A stretch of DNA of 64,000 nt from an uncultured Chloroflexia bacterium (GCA_963800795.1 CAWDCJ010000014.1:64942-128941); one strand, 5' to 3'; counted from the stretch's first letter, positions 48,823 through 60,158 are shown. The notes: generated by a model not told the origin, from the sequence alone. Made by a program: numbers and translations.

Positions 48823-49746
48823 ATGGCGGCAGCCGAATACAACGCGACCGTGGCCCAGAGGGTGGAGCTTGCGCCCGGGTTGATCATCCTGCGGATCGTC
48901 CCCGACACGCTCCGCCTCGAGTTCACGGCTGGCCAGTACGTTGTCCTTGGCCTCAAGGCGTCGGAGCCGCGGATCGAGGAGGCCGAGCCCGACCAGCTGG
49001 CGTACCGGCCGGCGGACATCGCCAGCCCGACGATCGGGGCAACCCCCGGCGACGGCGCGGCATTAGCAGAGGCGAACCCGGAGTCGGCCGCCGAACAAGC
49101 GATCACGACCGCGCTCCCGGACCCAGACAAGATGATCCGGCGAGCCTATTCGATCGCATCCGGCAGCCGGTCCGACGAGTTCCTTGAGTTCTACATCACC
49201 GTCGTCATGAGCGGCGATCTCACGCCGCGGCTCTTCAACCTCGGGATCAAGGACCGGATCTACGTCGGCCCCAAGGCCGTCGGGATGTTCACCCTGGCGA
49301 AGGCGCCACGGGACCACCACGTGATTCTCGTGGCCACCGGGACCGGCCTCGCGCCCTACATCTCGATGCTGCGCTCCGACCTGGATTGCGGCGGGACGCG
49401 CCGCATCGTCGTCCTCCACGGCGCGCGCTGTTCGTGGGACCTGGCCTACCGCACGGAGCTCACCAGCCTCGCCCGGCACTGCCCCAACCTGACCTATGTC
49501 CCGGTCATCACGCGCCCGCAGGAGGACCCCACCTGGCGCGGCCGCACCGGATACCTCCAGGACGTTCTCCTCTCGGGGGTCATCGAGGAGGCGACTGACC
49601 TGGAGCTCCTGCCCGACAACTTCCACGTCTACCTTTGTGGCAACCCCGGGATGATCGAGACCGTGATCGAACGGCTGTCGGTGCGCGGATTCGTTCGCGA
49701 TCACGGCCACGCCATCGGGACGCTCCACACGGAGGAGTACTGGTAG
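48823..49746 (+). CDS. ferredoxin--NADP(+) reductase (bacterial Fpr-type) with an internal insertion
   Basis: 'FTAGQYVVLGL', 'RRAYSIAS' (RxYS FAD motif), 'VATGTGLAPYISML', 'YLCGNPGMI' and a C-terminal 'EEYW'. About 58 extra acidic/Ala/Pro-rich residues separate the first two motifs. Confidence 0.85.
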   Translation: MAAAEYNATVAQRVELAPGLIILRIVPDTLRLEFTAGQYVVLGLKASEPRIEEAEPDQLAYRPADIASPTIGATPGDGAALAEANPESAAEQAITTALPDPDKMIRRAYSIASGSRSDEFLEFYITVVMSGDLTPRLFNLGIKDRIYVGPKAVGMFTLAKAPRDHHVILVATGTGLAPYISMLRSDLDCGGTRRIVVLHGARCSWDLAYRTELTSLARHCPNLTYVPVITRPQEDPTWRGRTGYLQDVLLSGVIEEATDLELLPDNFHVYLCGNPGMIETVIERLSVRGFVRDHGHAIGTLHTEEYW

Positions 49747-50058
49747 TCCGGTCCGGTCCGGCAGACGAACGCGCGCGAACAAGTCGGGAGGCTGGCCCGG
49801 AGTTCCACGAATGCGACCAAGAGCCCTTCATGCGGCGAGGGGCCACGAGGACAATCGCCCTCGTGACCGAGAGGGCGACTCCGGCGCAGGCGGCCGAGCC
49901 CGCCAGGACGGGATCCGAACGCTCCAGCACCGGGGAAACGCGAGACCTCCACGCCGGATCCGTTCGTCGGGCTGCTCGAATGCCGCTTCGGCGACGACCT
50001 CCGGCAGGTCGCGCCCACTCGGACTCCGCGCCGGTGTAGCCTCAGTGCGACCGGGTAG

Positions 50059-51483
<1,425 letters not shown>

Positions 51484-51644
51484 CCAGCCGCCTCATCGCA
51501 CGCGTCGAACACCCGGCGATCGGCGAGCTGGTGCCGGAGGGCGCCGAGGTCACGACGCGGAACCGTCTCCAGGTACGCGAGCGTCCCCAGTAGCGCATCA
51601 GGTGGCCGTGTGGCCGCCGGATGGACGGGACCTCAACCGCTAGG

Positions 51645-54401
51645 TCAACCCACGGCCGGTACGGCAACCCGGGCGAGGTCCAGCGCTTCCTTGACCGAAA
51701 GGCTTCGCCCGATCCCGGTGGCGCTCTCGAGATCGTTCCCTGCCAGCCCGGCCTTTGCCCGCTCGACGTATTCGCGTCCTGGATCATCGTCCGAATACAC
51801 GTTCATGATGCCTTCCTCGAGGGCAAAGACTTCGGCTGCTGCCGCGATCTGCACGGCCCGCAATGCCCGTCCCTCGGCCGTCTCGACTGCCGCCAGCCCG
51901 ATCATCGATGTCCCGACCCCGCGGACACTCCCGATATCGAGGTAGGCCGCTGCCGACTCGAAGAAGAACCGGCGCGCCGCCGTCGAATCGTCGAGCCCGA
52001 GATGTGTCCAGGCCATCTTGTTCAGGATCCGTGCCTCCTCGGCGCGGTCACCGATGGCCTCAAACGCCGCCAGCGACTCCTGATACAGCTTGATGGCCTT
52101 GCCGTGGTCGCCGCTCAGCGAGGCGAGTTGCGCCAGACCGCCCAGCGAGAGGCCTGAGCCCTCCTTGTCGTCGACTCGTCGTTGGATGGCCAGGGCCTCG
52201 GTGTATCTCGACGCGGCCATCGCGTTGTCACCCGACACGGCGTTGAGAATCCCGTCGAAGCTCAAGGCGAACCCCAACGCCAGCGGGTAGTTCTGCGCGC
52301 GGCTCCGGTCGATCGCCTCACGCGACCAGTGGACGGCCTGTTCCATGTCGACGGTCAGGTAGAAGATCACGAGGAGCCCTGCTGCGAGGGCCATCTCTGT
52401 GGCTGCGTCAAGGTCTCGCGCAATGCGGTAAGACTCCAGACCCTGTTCGATGGCTTCCTCGAAGTGGCCCAACGACCATGACGCCAAGCCGGCTGTGCGC
52501 AACGCGTTCGATCGGCCGATGGTCGGCCCGGAGTCGAGAGCTGTGCCGAGGAACCCGCGCACATAGTCACGAGCGCTCAGGTGCTTCGAGCGGATGTGCC
52601 AGTAGAGCCACAGCGACCCACACGTCCGCATGCCGAGCTCGGCCGACGTGGGTTCCTTCTCCCTCGCCCTGCGGAGCAGGAAGTCGAGCCCCGCCTGCAG
52701 ATCCGCATCTTCGACGACACCTCGCTCCATCGATCGGACCTGATCGTTGCCCTCGATCCCCGCTCGGATCTCCTCGGCGACCTGCACGTAGTGGGCCGCG
52801 TGTCTCAGGCCCACTTCGTCGGCTTGTCCCGAAGCCAGGAGTTCCTCGCGTGCATAGTCCTTGATCGTCTGGAGCATCTGGAACCGGTCTGCGGGGCCCG
52901 CGGCCTGGACCAGGGCCTTGTCGACCAGCGACTCCAGATCGTCGAGCACCGACTCCGAATGCTCCGAGCACACGGCTTCGATGCCGTCGAGCGAGCATCC
53001 ACCGGAGAATACCGACATCCTCCGGAAGAGCCGCTTCTCCGATTCCGTGAGCAACGAGTGACTCCAGTCGATCGTCGCTCGCAGGGTCTGCTGCCGGTCT
53101 GGACGGTCTCGCTGTCCGGTGGTGAGGACGTCGAGGGCATGGTCGAGTCGCTGAAGCAGGGCTTCCGGCGACAACAGGCGTATCCGGGCAGCCGCGAGTT
53201 CGATGGCGAGCGGCAGGCCATCCAGGCGCCGGCACATCGCCACGACCGCGGGAGCGCTCTCCGCGGTGAGTTCGAAGCTGCTCCTGGCCACCTTCGCCCG
53301 CTCGACGAACAAGGCGATGCCCGGATAGGCCATCAATGACTCCGGACCTTCAACCGTCGCCTGTTGCGGCAGCGCCAGCGGGCTGAGGGCATACCCTCGC
53401 TCGGCATCGATCCTGAGCAGCGTCCGGCTGGTGGTAAGGATCCGCAGCTCCGGGCATCCGCTCACCAGCGCGGCGATCTCGGGCGCCGCCGAGACCACCT
53501 GTTCCAGGTTGTCGAGCAGTAACAGGGCCCGCTTGTCCCCGATCAGCGCAACGACGCCCTCGGCCTGGCTCCTGCCTTCTGCCTCCTTGACGCCCAGCGC
53601 ATTGGCCAGGGCGGGCATGAGGTCGGAGGCATCGGTAACGGCGGCCAGCGACACGAAGGCGATCCCGTCGAGGAATCGTGACGCGAGGCGATGGCACACC
53701 TCGATCGCCGTCCTGGTCTTTCCGATGCCACCCGGACCCGTCACCGTGACCACGCGGTGTTGCTCGAGGAGGCCGATCAGCGCGGTGAGGTCAGCGTCTC
53801 TCCCAAGCAGTGGCGTTGCAGGATCGGGAAGGTTGCTCGGCAGGCTCGCGAATTGCTCACCCTTGCCCAGCAGGAGGTCCGCGGCCGGGACCGCCAACCC
53901 GCCGGCGGAGACCGCGTAGATCTCGAACGGGCGGCCGACGTTCTTGAGCTTGAACTTCCCTAGGTTCACGAACCCAAGTTGCGGTTGATTCCTGACCTGA
54001 TCGTGAACGGAATCGGACACCAGGACTCCACCGGCGACACCGAAGGACTCGATGCGAGAAGCGATGTTCACCGCGTCCCCGATCAGACCGGTGGGTTCGA
54101 CGATCACATTGCCCACGTGGATGCCGATCCGCACGGGGACGTCTGGAGGTTGGCGGAGCTCCTTCTGGATCTCGATGGCACAGCGGACGGCGTCCAGCGA
54201 GTTGGGAAAGATGGTCAAGGCGCCGTCCCCGTAGTACTGGACGATCCTCCCGCCGAACGCCTCGTGCTGCGCATTGAGCACGCTCGCGTACCTGGCACGT
54301 GCCCGCAGGGCGAGCTGCTCGTCCTCCTGCATCAAGGCGGTGAAGCCGACCATGTCGGCGAACATCACCGCTGCCAGCTGCCTGTCCAGGTGCTCACCCA
54401 T
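51645..54401 (-). CDS. class III adenylate/guanylate cyclase + NB-ARC/STAND ATPase + TPR protein
   Basis: Start taken at ATG 54401. 'LAAVMFADMVGFT...QYYGDGALTIF'. Walker A 'GPGGIGKT'. 'LLLLDNLEQV' (Walker B-like). Long C-terminal TPR region. It is a paralog of 22281..25849 but lacks the zinc ribbons. Confidence 0.85.
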   Translation of the reverse strand: MGEHLDRQLAAVMFADMVGFTALMQEDEQLALRARARYASVLNAQHEAFGGRIVQYYGDGALTIFPNSLDAVRCAIEIQKELRQPPDVPVRIGIHVGNVIVEPTGLIGDAVNIASRIESFGVAGGVLVSDSVHDQVRNQPQLGFVNLGKFKLKNVGRPFEIYAVSAGGLAVPAADLLLGKGEQFASLPSNLPDPATPLLGRDADLTALIGLLEQHRVVTVTGPGGIGKTRTAIEVCHRLASRFLDGIAFVSLAAVTDASDLMPALANALGVKEAEGRSQAEGVVALIGDKRALLLLDNLEQVVSAAPEIAALVSGCPELRILTTSRTLLRIDAERGYALSPLALPQQATVEGPESLMAYPGIALFVERAKVARSSFELTAESAPAVVAMCRRLDGLPLAIELAAARIRLLSPEALLQRLDHALDVLTTGQRDRPDRQQTLRATIDWSHSLLTESEKRLFRRMSVFSGGCSLDGIEAVCSEHSESVLDDLESLVDKALVQAAGPADRFQMLQTIKDYAREELLASGQADEVGLRHAAHYVQVAEEIRAGIEGNDQVRSMERGVVEDADLQAGLDFLLRRAREKEPTSAELGMRTCGSLWLYWHIRSKHLSARDYVRGFLGTALDSGPTIGRSNALRTAGLASWSLGHFEEAIEQGLESYRIARDLDAATEMALAAGLLVIFYLTVDMEQAVHWSREAIDRSRAQNYPLALGFALSFDGILNAVSGDNAMAASRYTEALAIQRRVDDKEGSGLSLGGLAQLASLSGDHGKAIKLYQESLAAFEAIGDRAEEARILNKMAWTHLGLDDSTAARRFFFESAAAYLDIGSVRGVGTSMIGLAAVETAEGRALRAVQIAAAAEVFALEEGIMNVYSDDDPGREYVERAKAGLAGNDLESATGIGRSLSVKEALDLARVAVPAVG

Positions 54402-54536
54402 CGAGACGGACCTCTGCCAGGGGAGATTGGCCCTGGCGCTGCGCCGGTGGAGATCCTCGTGATGACGGGCACCAGTATCGCAGGCAACAGTTCTGCGACG
54501 ACCGTGACTTGACGGCATCGTAACGTTTGGCGAACG

Positions 54537-55130
54537 ATGACCCCGCATGATGGCGGTATGTCGAGCCTGGCTCATCCGCCGCAGGCCAAGAGCATTGCGA
54601 GAGGGACCCTCCGACCCGAGCGAATCGCGGTCGGTATCGTCCTCGTCCTGGCCGGTGTCCTCTCCGGGGTGAGCCTCGTCGCCGACCCGACCTCGGCGCT
54701 GACCCTCTCGATGGCGGCGCTCTACGGCGCGGTGGGCGGTCTACTGGCCGTTCGCCGGCCGCGCAACACCATCGGCTGGATCTTCCTCGGCGTTCTGCTC
54801 GTGTTCGCGACAACGTCGGCCGCCGAAGGGCTCGGTGGCACTGCCACCAGGTCCGGCGGCCCATTGCCTGGCGGACTGCCGCTGGCGCTGATCTGGATCG
54901 AAACCTGGGCCTTCGCCGCCATGTTCGGCCTCTACTACGCGCTGACCGTCGTGTTCCCGTCTGGTGACCTGCCCGCCGGCCGCCTCGGAGGGGTCATCCG
55001 GGTCTCGCTCGCTGTGCCGGTCGCGGCGGTCGTGGTTTGCGCCTTCGGCCCGCACCTGGCAGGCAACTTCAGCCCCGACAACCTCGGCCGCTCCCTGGAC
55101 AATCCCGTGGCCCTGCCCCGAGCTGAGTAA
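54537..55130 (+). CDS. polytopic membrane protein resembling the N-terminal sensor module of an actinobacterial HisKA_3 histidine kinase; lacks a kinase core
   Basis: Five hydrophobic helices and the 'RRPRNTIGWIFLGVLL' motif common at the N-terminus of such kinases. The ORF ends with TAA at 55130 and no dimerisation or ATPase domain follows. Confidence 0.5.
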   Translation: MTPHDGGMSSLAHPPQAKSIARGTLRPERIAVGIVLVLAGVLSGVSLVADPTSALTLSMAALYGAVGGLLAVRRPRNTIGWIFLGVLLVFATTSAAEGLGGTATRSGGPLPGGLPLALIWIETWAFAAMFGLYYALTVVFPSGDLPAGRLGGVIRVSLAVPVAAVVVCAFGPHLAGNFSPDNLGRSLDNPVALPRAE

Positions 55131-55307
55131 GTCAGACGGCTGCGAGCTGATCACAGAGCCGAAGGTGGGGCCAGCTCAGAGCGACGCTGCAGCCGCCGTC
55201 TCTGCACGTTGCTGGAGACCCGGCCTTCGGCCGAGGTCTCCTCGTCGGTTGCGCCGGCATGTCCGGGCGGGTTCGATGAGATGGCCTACAGGACCTCGCC
55301 GGTGTCG

Positions 55308-55472
55308 AGGGCGACGAAGGCGCTGATCGGGGGCTCCCGCGAGGGATTCGCCTCAGTGATCGCGCACGCGGACACCGGCGCGGTCCTGGGCGTCCACGTC
55401 ATCGGCCCGTACGCAACCGAGCTCACCGCCGAGGCGTCGCACGCCGGGGCCCTGCTGCGCACCGCCGGGTAG
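55308..55472 (+). pseudogene. C-terminal remnant of a pyridine-nucleotide-disulfide oxidoreductase (dihydrolipoamide-dehydrogenase-like dimerisation domain)
   Basis: 'RATKALIGGSREGFASVIAHADTGAVLGVHVIGPYATELTAEASHA' matches the conserved 'GFvKli.d..tg.ilG.hivGp.A.Eli.E' interface motif. No FAD/NAD domains lie upstream. Confidence 0.45.
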
Positions 55473-55476
55473 GCGG

Positions 55477-55857
55477 TCACCCGCTGCGCCCCCGGCAGTG
55501 CTCTTCGACGGTCGCGAGGAGCTCATCGATGTCGAGCGGCTTCGAGAGGTAGCCGTCGAAGCTCGCCTCCTCGAACCGCTCACGATCTCCCTTCATCGCC
55601 TGGGCGGTGATGGCGAGTACCGGAATCGAGGCGGTTCGCTGGTCCATCCGTAGCCGCGTCAGGGCCTCCAGGCCATCCATGTCCGGGAGCCGAATGTCCA
55701 TCAGCACGAGGGCGGGACCATGCTCGGTCGCCAGTTTCAGCGCCTGTCCTGCAGTCGTCGCCTCCAACGTTCGATACCCGGTCGCTCGAAGCACGTCCCG
55801 AAGCAGCGTCATGTTCTTCGCGTTGTCCTCAACGACGAGGATCGTCTCGCCCGCCAT
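55477..55857 (-). CDS. single-domain (CheY-like) response regulator
   Basis: 126 aa. 'ILVVEDN', 'LVLMDIRLPDMDG', 'AITAQAMKGD', 'YLSKP'. The ATG is 3 nt after the kinase stop. Confidence 0.9.
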   Translation of the reverse strand: MAGETILVVEDNAKNMTLLRDVLRATGYRTLEATTAGQALKLATEHGPALVLMDIRLPDMDGLEALTRLRMDQRTASIPVLAITAQAMKGDRERFEEASFDGYLSKPLDIDELLATVEEHCRGRSG

Positions 55858-55859
55858 CG

Positions 55860-57734
55860 CTAGGCTGGCGGCACGGGTAGCGTGAACACGAACGTGCTTC
55901 CCTTCCCCAGCTGGCTCTCGACCCAGATCCGGCCGTCGTGCAGCTCGATCAGGCGCTTCGAGAGCGCGAGCCCGAGCCCCGTCCCCTCGCCTTGTCGCTT
56001 GCCCGCTGCAGCTTGCTGGAACTCCTCGAAGATCCGGACCTGGTCTTCCAGGGCGATGCCGGGCCCGTCGTCGCGGACGGAAACGCGCACCTCGCCGTCG
56101 ACCCGCGCGGCAGTGACGTCGATCGCGCCCCCGGCCGGTGTGAACTTGACAGCGTTCGAGAGCAGGTTGAAGACGACTTGTTTGATCCGGCGCTCGTCGC
56201 CCATGACCGTGCCCACGCCAGGATCCGACGAGAGCGAGATTCGGACACCTCCCCTGGTCGCTCGCTCGCGCACGATCACCACCCCGCGCGCCAGGGTGTC
56301 GGGCAGGGAGAACGGCGCGACGTCCAGCTCGATCTGGCCCGCCTCCACCTTTGATAGATCGAGCACGTCGTCGATCAGCGAGAGCAGATGCTGGGAGGAG
56401 GCGAGGATGTCGTCGAGATACTCGGCCTGCTTCTCGTTGATCTCGCCGAACAGCCCCTTGCGCAGGACCTGCGAGAAGCCGCTGATCGCGTTCAATGGAG
56501 TCCGCAGCTCGTGCGACATGTTGGCCAGGAACTCCGACTTGTTGTCGCTCGCGGCCTCCAGGTCGCGCCGCCTGTCGTCGAGCTCCGCCAATGCATCGGC
56601 CAGTTCGCGAGTCCGCTCCTGGACCTGCTTCTCGAGCCCGGCATAGGACGCCTGCAGCCGGGCAGCCATCTGGTTGAATTCGTCCGCGAGTGCGCCGAGC
56701 TCGTCGTGGCTGGAGACGTCGATCCGTTGATCGAGCGACCCGGAGCCGATGTTCGCAGCCGCGACCTGGATCGCCTCGATGGGCCTGGCAAGGTTCCGTG
56801 CGAGCAGCACGCTCGTCGCGATCGCCGCCAGAAGGAACACGACCAGGAGCGCCGCCGTACGCCAGATCGCCGCCTGGATCGGCGCGAACGCCTGGCTCAG
56901 CGGCTCCTCGACGAACACCCGCCATCCGGGCGGGTCGACGCTTTCGAACGCACTCAGGACCTCAGTTCCCTGGGGATCACGCCCGTTGGTCATCACCCCA
57001 TTCGCCGTCCCGGTGCTTGCCAGAGCGGCACGGACCTGCGGCAGCGACGCGAGGTTGGTGTCGGCGAGGACGAGGCTGATGTTCGTGGTGTGGGCGATGA
57101 CCTGGCCGCGGGCATCGACCGCGTAGGCGTAACCCGCGGTGCCGATCTGCGCCCGGCGAATCGCGTCGACGACCGATCCCAGGTCAACGTCGGCGACGAT
57201 GACGCCCGCGCCCGGCGGTGCCTCGGCCACCGCCATGATCATGTGCGGCCGGCCGTCGCTCTGGCTGAGGGCGACGTCCCCGAAGTACTCTCCCTCAGCC
57301 CTCGCGCCCTCGAACGCCTGTGTGTAGGAGCCGTCGCCCTCGCAGGTCAGGCTGTCGATCTTGTCGATCTCGTTGGAGTACGCATTCACGCACTGCGTGC
57401 GGGTTGCATCGAGGTACGTCAGCGCGCTGATCGCCTTCTGCCGAAGGAACAGGTTCGTGAATGACTGCTCACGCTCCGCTCCGGTGCGGTCGGCTGAGAT
57501 CGACTGGGCCACGCCCTGGAGGTCGCCTTCGAGCTCCTGGATGAACTGGCGGATCGAGATGGCGGCGGACGAAGCCTTGTCCGCTTCGCCCTCGGTCATG
57601 GCCCGCTTGCTGTCCTCGTACGAGAAGTAGAACTCGCTGATCCCAACGGAGATGATCGCCCCAGCGACGAGCATCCCGACGACCGCCACGTATTTCCAGA
57701 CGAGGCGCCGGTGCGGCCGTGTCGGCGTTGCCAC
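55860..57734 (-). CDS. sensor histidine kinase (extracytoplasmic Cache-like domain, HAMP, HisKA, HATPase_c)
   Basis: GTG at 57734. Two TM segments flank a ~270-aa sensor domain. HAMP 'ARPIEAIQVAAANIGSGSL'. H-box 'SHELRTPLNAI'. N-box 'NLLSNAVKFT'. G-boxes 'DDGPGI' and 'GTGLGLALS'. Confidence 0.9.
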   Translation of the reverse strand: MATPTRPHRRLVWKYVAVVGMLVAGAIISVGISEFYFSYEDSKRAMTEGEADKASSAAISIRQFIQELEGDLQGVAQSISADRTGAEREQSFTNLFLRQKAISALTYLDATRTQCVNAYSNEIDKIDSLTCEGDGSYTQAFEGARAEGEYFGDVALSQSDGRPHMIMAVAEAPPGAGVIVADVDLGSVVDAIRRAQIGTAGYAYAVDARGQVIAHTTNISLVLADTNLASLPQVRAALASTGTANGVMTNGRDPQGTEVLSAFESVDPPGWRVFVEEPLSQAFAPIQAAIWRTAALLVVFLLAAIATSVLLARNLARPIEAIQVAAANIGSGSLDQRIDVSSHDELGALADEFNQMAARLQASYAGLEKQVQERTRELADALAELDDRRRDLEAASDNKSEFLANMSHELRTPLNAISGFSQVLRKGLFGEINEKQAEYLDDILASSQHLLSLIDDVLDLSKVEAGQIELDVAPFSLPDTLARGVVIVRERATRGGVRISLSSDPGVGTVMGDERRIKQVVFNLLSNAVKFTPAGGAIDVTAARVDGEVRVSVRDDGPGIALEDQVRIFEEFQQAAAGKRQGEGTGLGLALSKRLIELHDGRIWVESQLGKGSTFVFTLPVPPA

Positions 57735-57758
57735 GGTTTGGCCCAGCTTCGCGCTCCC

Positions 57759-58865
57759 TTATCGATAGACGATGTCGGCCTGCGTGACGACAGCGTCCGG
57801 CACGACGATCCCCAACTCCGCAGCTCGGCGGAGACTGATCGCGAACTCGACCTTCGGCACCTCCTGGGGGGGCAGGTCGGCGGGCTGAGCACCCTTGAGG
57901 ATGCTGTCGACATAGCGCGCGCCGGCGGCCCCGACGGGTGCCAGGTCGACGCCGAGCGAGAAGAGCGCGCCATGGTCGATCTGTTGCGGGTCGACCCATT
58001 CCTTCCGATGGGCCTGGACGGGGAGGTCGCTCGCCGCCGCGAGCCCGAGGATCTTCGTGGAGAAGTTGAGCCGAAGGGTGGGCGACAGGATGAACGCGCC
58101 GTCGACCGCGCCCGGCCCAATCGATTCGAAGGCGGCTTCGAGATCAGCGTTGGTCGAAGCCTGACGTTCATCCAGCTCGATCCCAAGCTTGCTGGCGGCA
58201 TCGCGCGCCTCGGCGAGAAGAGGTGGCGTCGCGGTGTCGGTGGGATCGACCAGGGTGAGCAGGCGCAAGGGCTGCGGTTGGGGCAGGATCTCCCGGTAGA
58301 TCTCGAGCTGCTTGGCAACGGGATCTCGGGCGCCCCAGACTCCGGTCAGGTTCCCGCCGGGATGCGAGAGGCTTTGCACCAGGCCGTCGCGGACGGGATC
58401 CGACGGGTGCAGGAACACGACGGGGATCCGGTTGGCGGGGTCCGCGGTCGCGTCCTGGGCAGCGCGGATGGACGTGTCTTCGAAGGCGACGATCAGGTCC
58501 ACCCGCTGGGCAACGAATTCCCGCGCTTGCTCCTCGGCCTGGGCGGCGTCCAGCAGGTTGCGCCAGATCAGGCGGATCCGCTGGCCGTCGTACTCGCCCT
58601 GGAGCTGCTTCATCGTGCCTTGGGCCTTCGTCCCGTCGCCGATGAGCTGCTGCATCACCTGGGTTGGCGAGCCGTCGAACCAGCCAAGATCGCCGAGGCC
58701 GGCTACGAGCGTTGCCAGGGACGGAGGGTTGTGGTCCGTTCCGACGTGCATCAGGCCAACGCGTGGCACGGGCGGCTGCGTCGCATTCGAGCCCGAGCAG
58801 GCGCCGACGAGGCTGGCGCACACAATGAGGCTCAGCATCGTCAGAACAGGCGGCCACGTCTTCAT
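57759..58865 (-). CDS. ABC-type substrate-binding lipoprotein (PF04392 ABC_sub_bind family) heading the kinase operon
   Basis: Lipobox 'LVGAC'. 'RVGLMHVG', 'DLIVAFEDTSIRAAQ', 'IPVVFLHPSDPVRDGLVQSLSHPGGNLTG', 'VEFAISLRRAAELGI'. Confidence 0.85.
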   Translation of the reverse strand: MKTWPPVLTMLSLIVCASLVGACSGSNATQPPVPRVGLMHVGTDHNPPSLATLVAGLGDLGWFDGSPTQVMQQLIGDGTKAQGTMKQLQGEYDGQRIRLIWRNLLDAAQAEEQAREFVAQRVDLIVAFEDTSIRAAQDATADPANRIPVVFLHPSDPVRDGLVQSLSHPGGNLTGVWGARDPVAKQLEIYREILPQPQPLRLLTLVDPTDTATPPLLAEARDAASKLGIELDERQASTNADLEAAFESIGPGAVDGAFILSPTLRLNFSTKILGLAAASDLPVQAHRKEWVDPQQIDHGALFSLGVDLAPVGAAGARYVDSILKGAQPADLPPQEVPKVEFAISLRRAAELGIVVPDAVVTQADIVYR

Positions 58866-59129
58866 CGGAACCTCCCCCCATCAAGGCGCGGACGGAGACT
58901 ACTCCAACGTTCTCGATCCCAGCGAGAGACGAGCTCGTCGATCCCGACGTCGTCTCGCCACCGCTCGTCGGCGGCGTGTACACGCCCCCTGGAGGAGCTG
59001 TTGCCGGGAGCGGACGCGTCCTGCCGTCTCGTTGCGCCTGCCGGGATGGACCTCGAAGAGCGAGCGGCGGGCCGTGGGCCCGCCGCTCGCTGCCCCAAGC
59101 CTGGCCGCGTTGCCAGGGCTCGGGCGCCT

Positions 59130-59477
59130 CTACGGCGTCGCGGGGACGGGCCAGGTCGGTGGGATGGGGCCACAGCCGGGGTGGCCGAAGATCTCCGCGC
59201 CCTGACCGTTGTGAAGCCCTGGGGCCCCGCCGGGCGCATGGACGTTGTAATGGAAGTTGTAGAAGGCGAGCTTGATTGCCGGGTCCTCCAGGTTGTCGCA
59301 CCAGTCCGGTCCGACCGCCTGCGTTGATCCATCGGGCAACACGATGAAGTGTCGGTGGGGCGGGGGCATGGGCGGGTCCGACGGAACCGTGGGACCTCCC
59401 GCGAGGATGACGCCCGGGAGCGCCATAGCACCCACGAGGATCCCCGTGGTCAGGATGGTGAGCAGCAGCTTCCGCAT
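59130..59477 (-). CDS. small secreted hypothetical protein (115 aa)
   Basis: ATG after an AGGAG RBS. Signal peptide 'MRKLLLTILTTGILVGAMALPGVILA'. Pro-rich N-terminus of the mature part, two Cys. No family recognised. Confidence 0.6.
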   Translation of the reverse strand: MRKLLLTILTTGILVGAMALPGVILAGGPTVPSDPPMPPPHRHFIVLPDGSTQAVGPDWCDNLEDPAIKLAFYNFHYNVHAPGGAPGLHNGQGAEIFGHPGCGPIPPTWPVPATP

Positions 59478-59754
59478 CAGGCCAAACTCCTATTCCAAGC
59501 GTCGGGAACGTTGATGGATCTCGTCCTCGAGAACGTGGCGCGATCCATCAGAGCGGACGCGCGTCCCCCTCGCGTCGGCGCCTCGGCCGCCGATCCTCCC
59601 CCCGTGGCCGACGTTCCGGACCAGCAGCCCCGGAAGGCAACTTACGCATCCACCCTAAGGAGGATCTGACCGCGGGCCAACCGTGCCTGCCTGCATGTGC
59701 CGGGGATGCTGGCACCCCGCCCGTGGACGGCGAGCGTCCGCGTTGGGGAGAGCG

Positions 59755-60141
59755 TCAATCGGGCGTGCGGCCGGCGAAGCGTCGAACCAGATCGGGAAGC
59801 TCGTCGGCGTCGATCGGCTTGGCGATGTACCCGGCAAAGCCCGCGTCGGACAACCAGCCTGCGCGCGCCTCGAGTGCCAGGGCAGTCACCGCCACGACCG
59901 GTATGCGCGAGGTGCGCGGCTCCGCCCTGAGCGCTCGAACGGCCTCCGTGCCGTCCGCATCGGGTAGGCGCAGGTCCATGAGGACCACGTCCGGCAGGTG
60001 CTCGGACGCGAGCGCGATCCCCTCCGCGGCAGTCGCGGCCTCGAGCGTCCGAAACCGGGCCGCACGGAGCACGTCGCGAGCGAGCTTCCGGTTCATGTCG
60101 TTGTCGTCGACGATCAGGACGAGCGGGAGATCCAGCGTCAC
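59755..60141 (-). CDS. single-domain (CheY-like) response regulator, paralog of 55477..55857
   Basis: GTG at 60141. 'VLIVDDN', 'VVLMDLRLPDADG', 'VAVTALALE', 'YIAKP'. Colinear with the other orphan RR, for example 'RTLEA(T/A)TA(G/A)...'. Confidence 0.85.
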   Translation of the reverse strand: MTLDLPLVLIVDDNDMNRKLARDVLRAARFRTLEAATAAEGIALASEHLPDVVLMDLRLPDADGTEAVRALRAEPRTSRIPVVAVTALALEARAGWLSDAGFAGYIAKPIDADELPDLVRRFAGRTPD

Positions 60142-60158
60142 CGGCGTATTCTCCGCCC

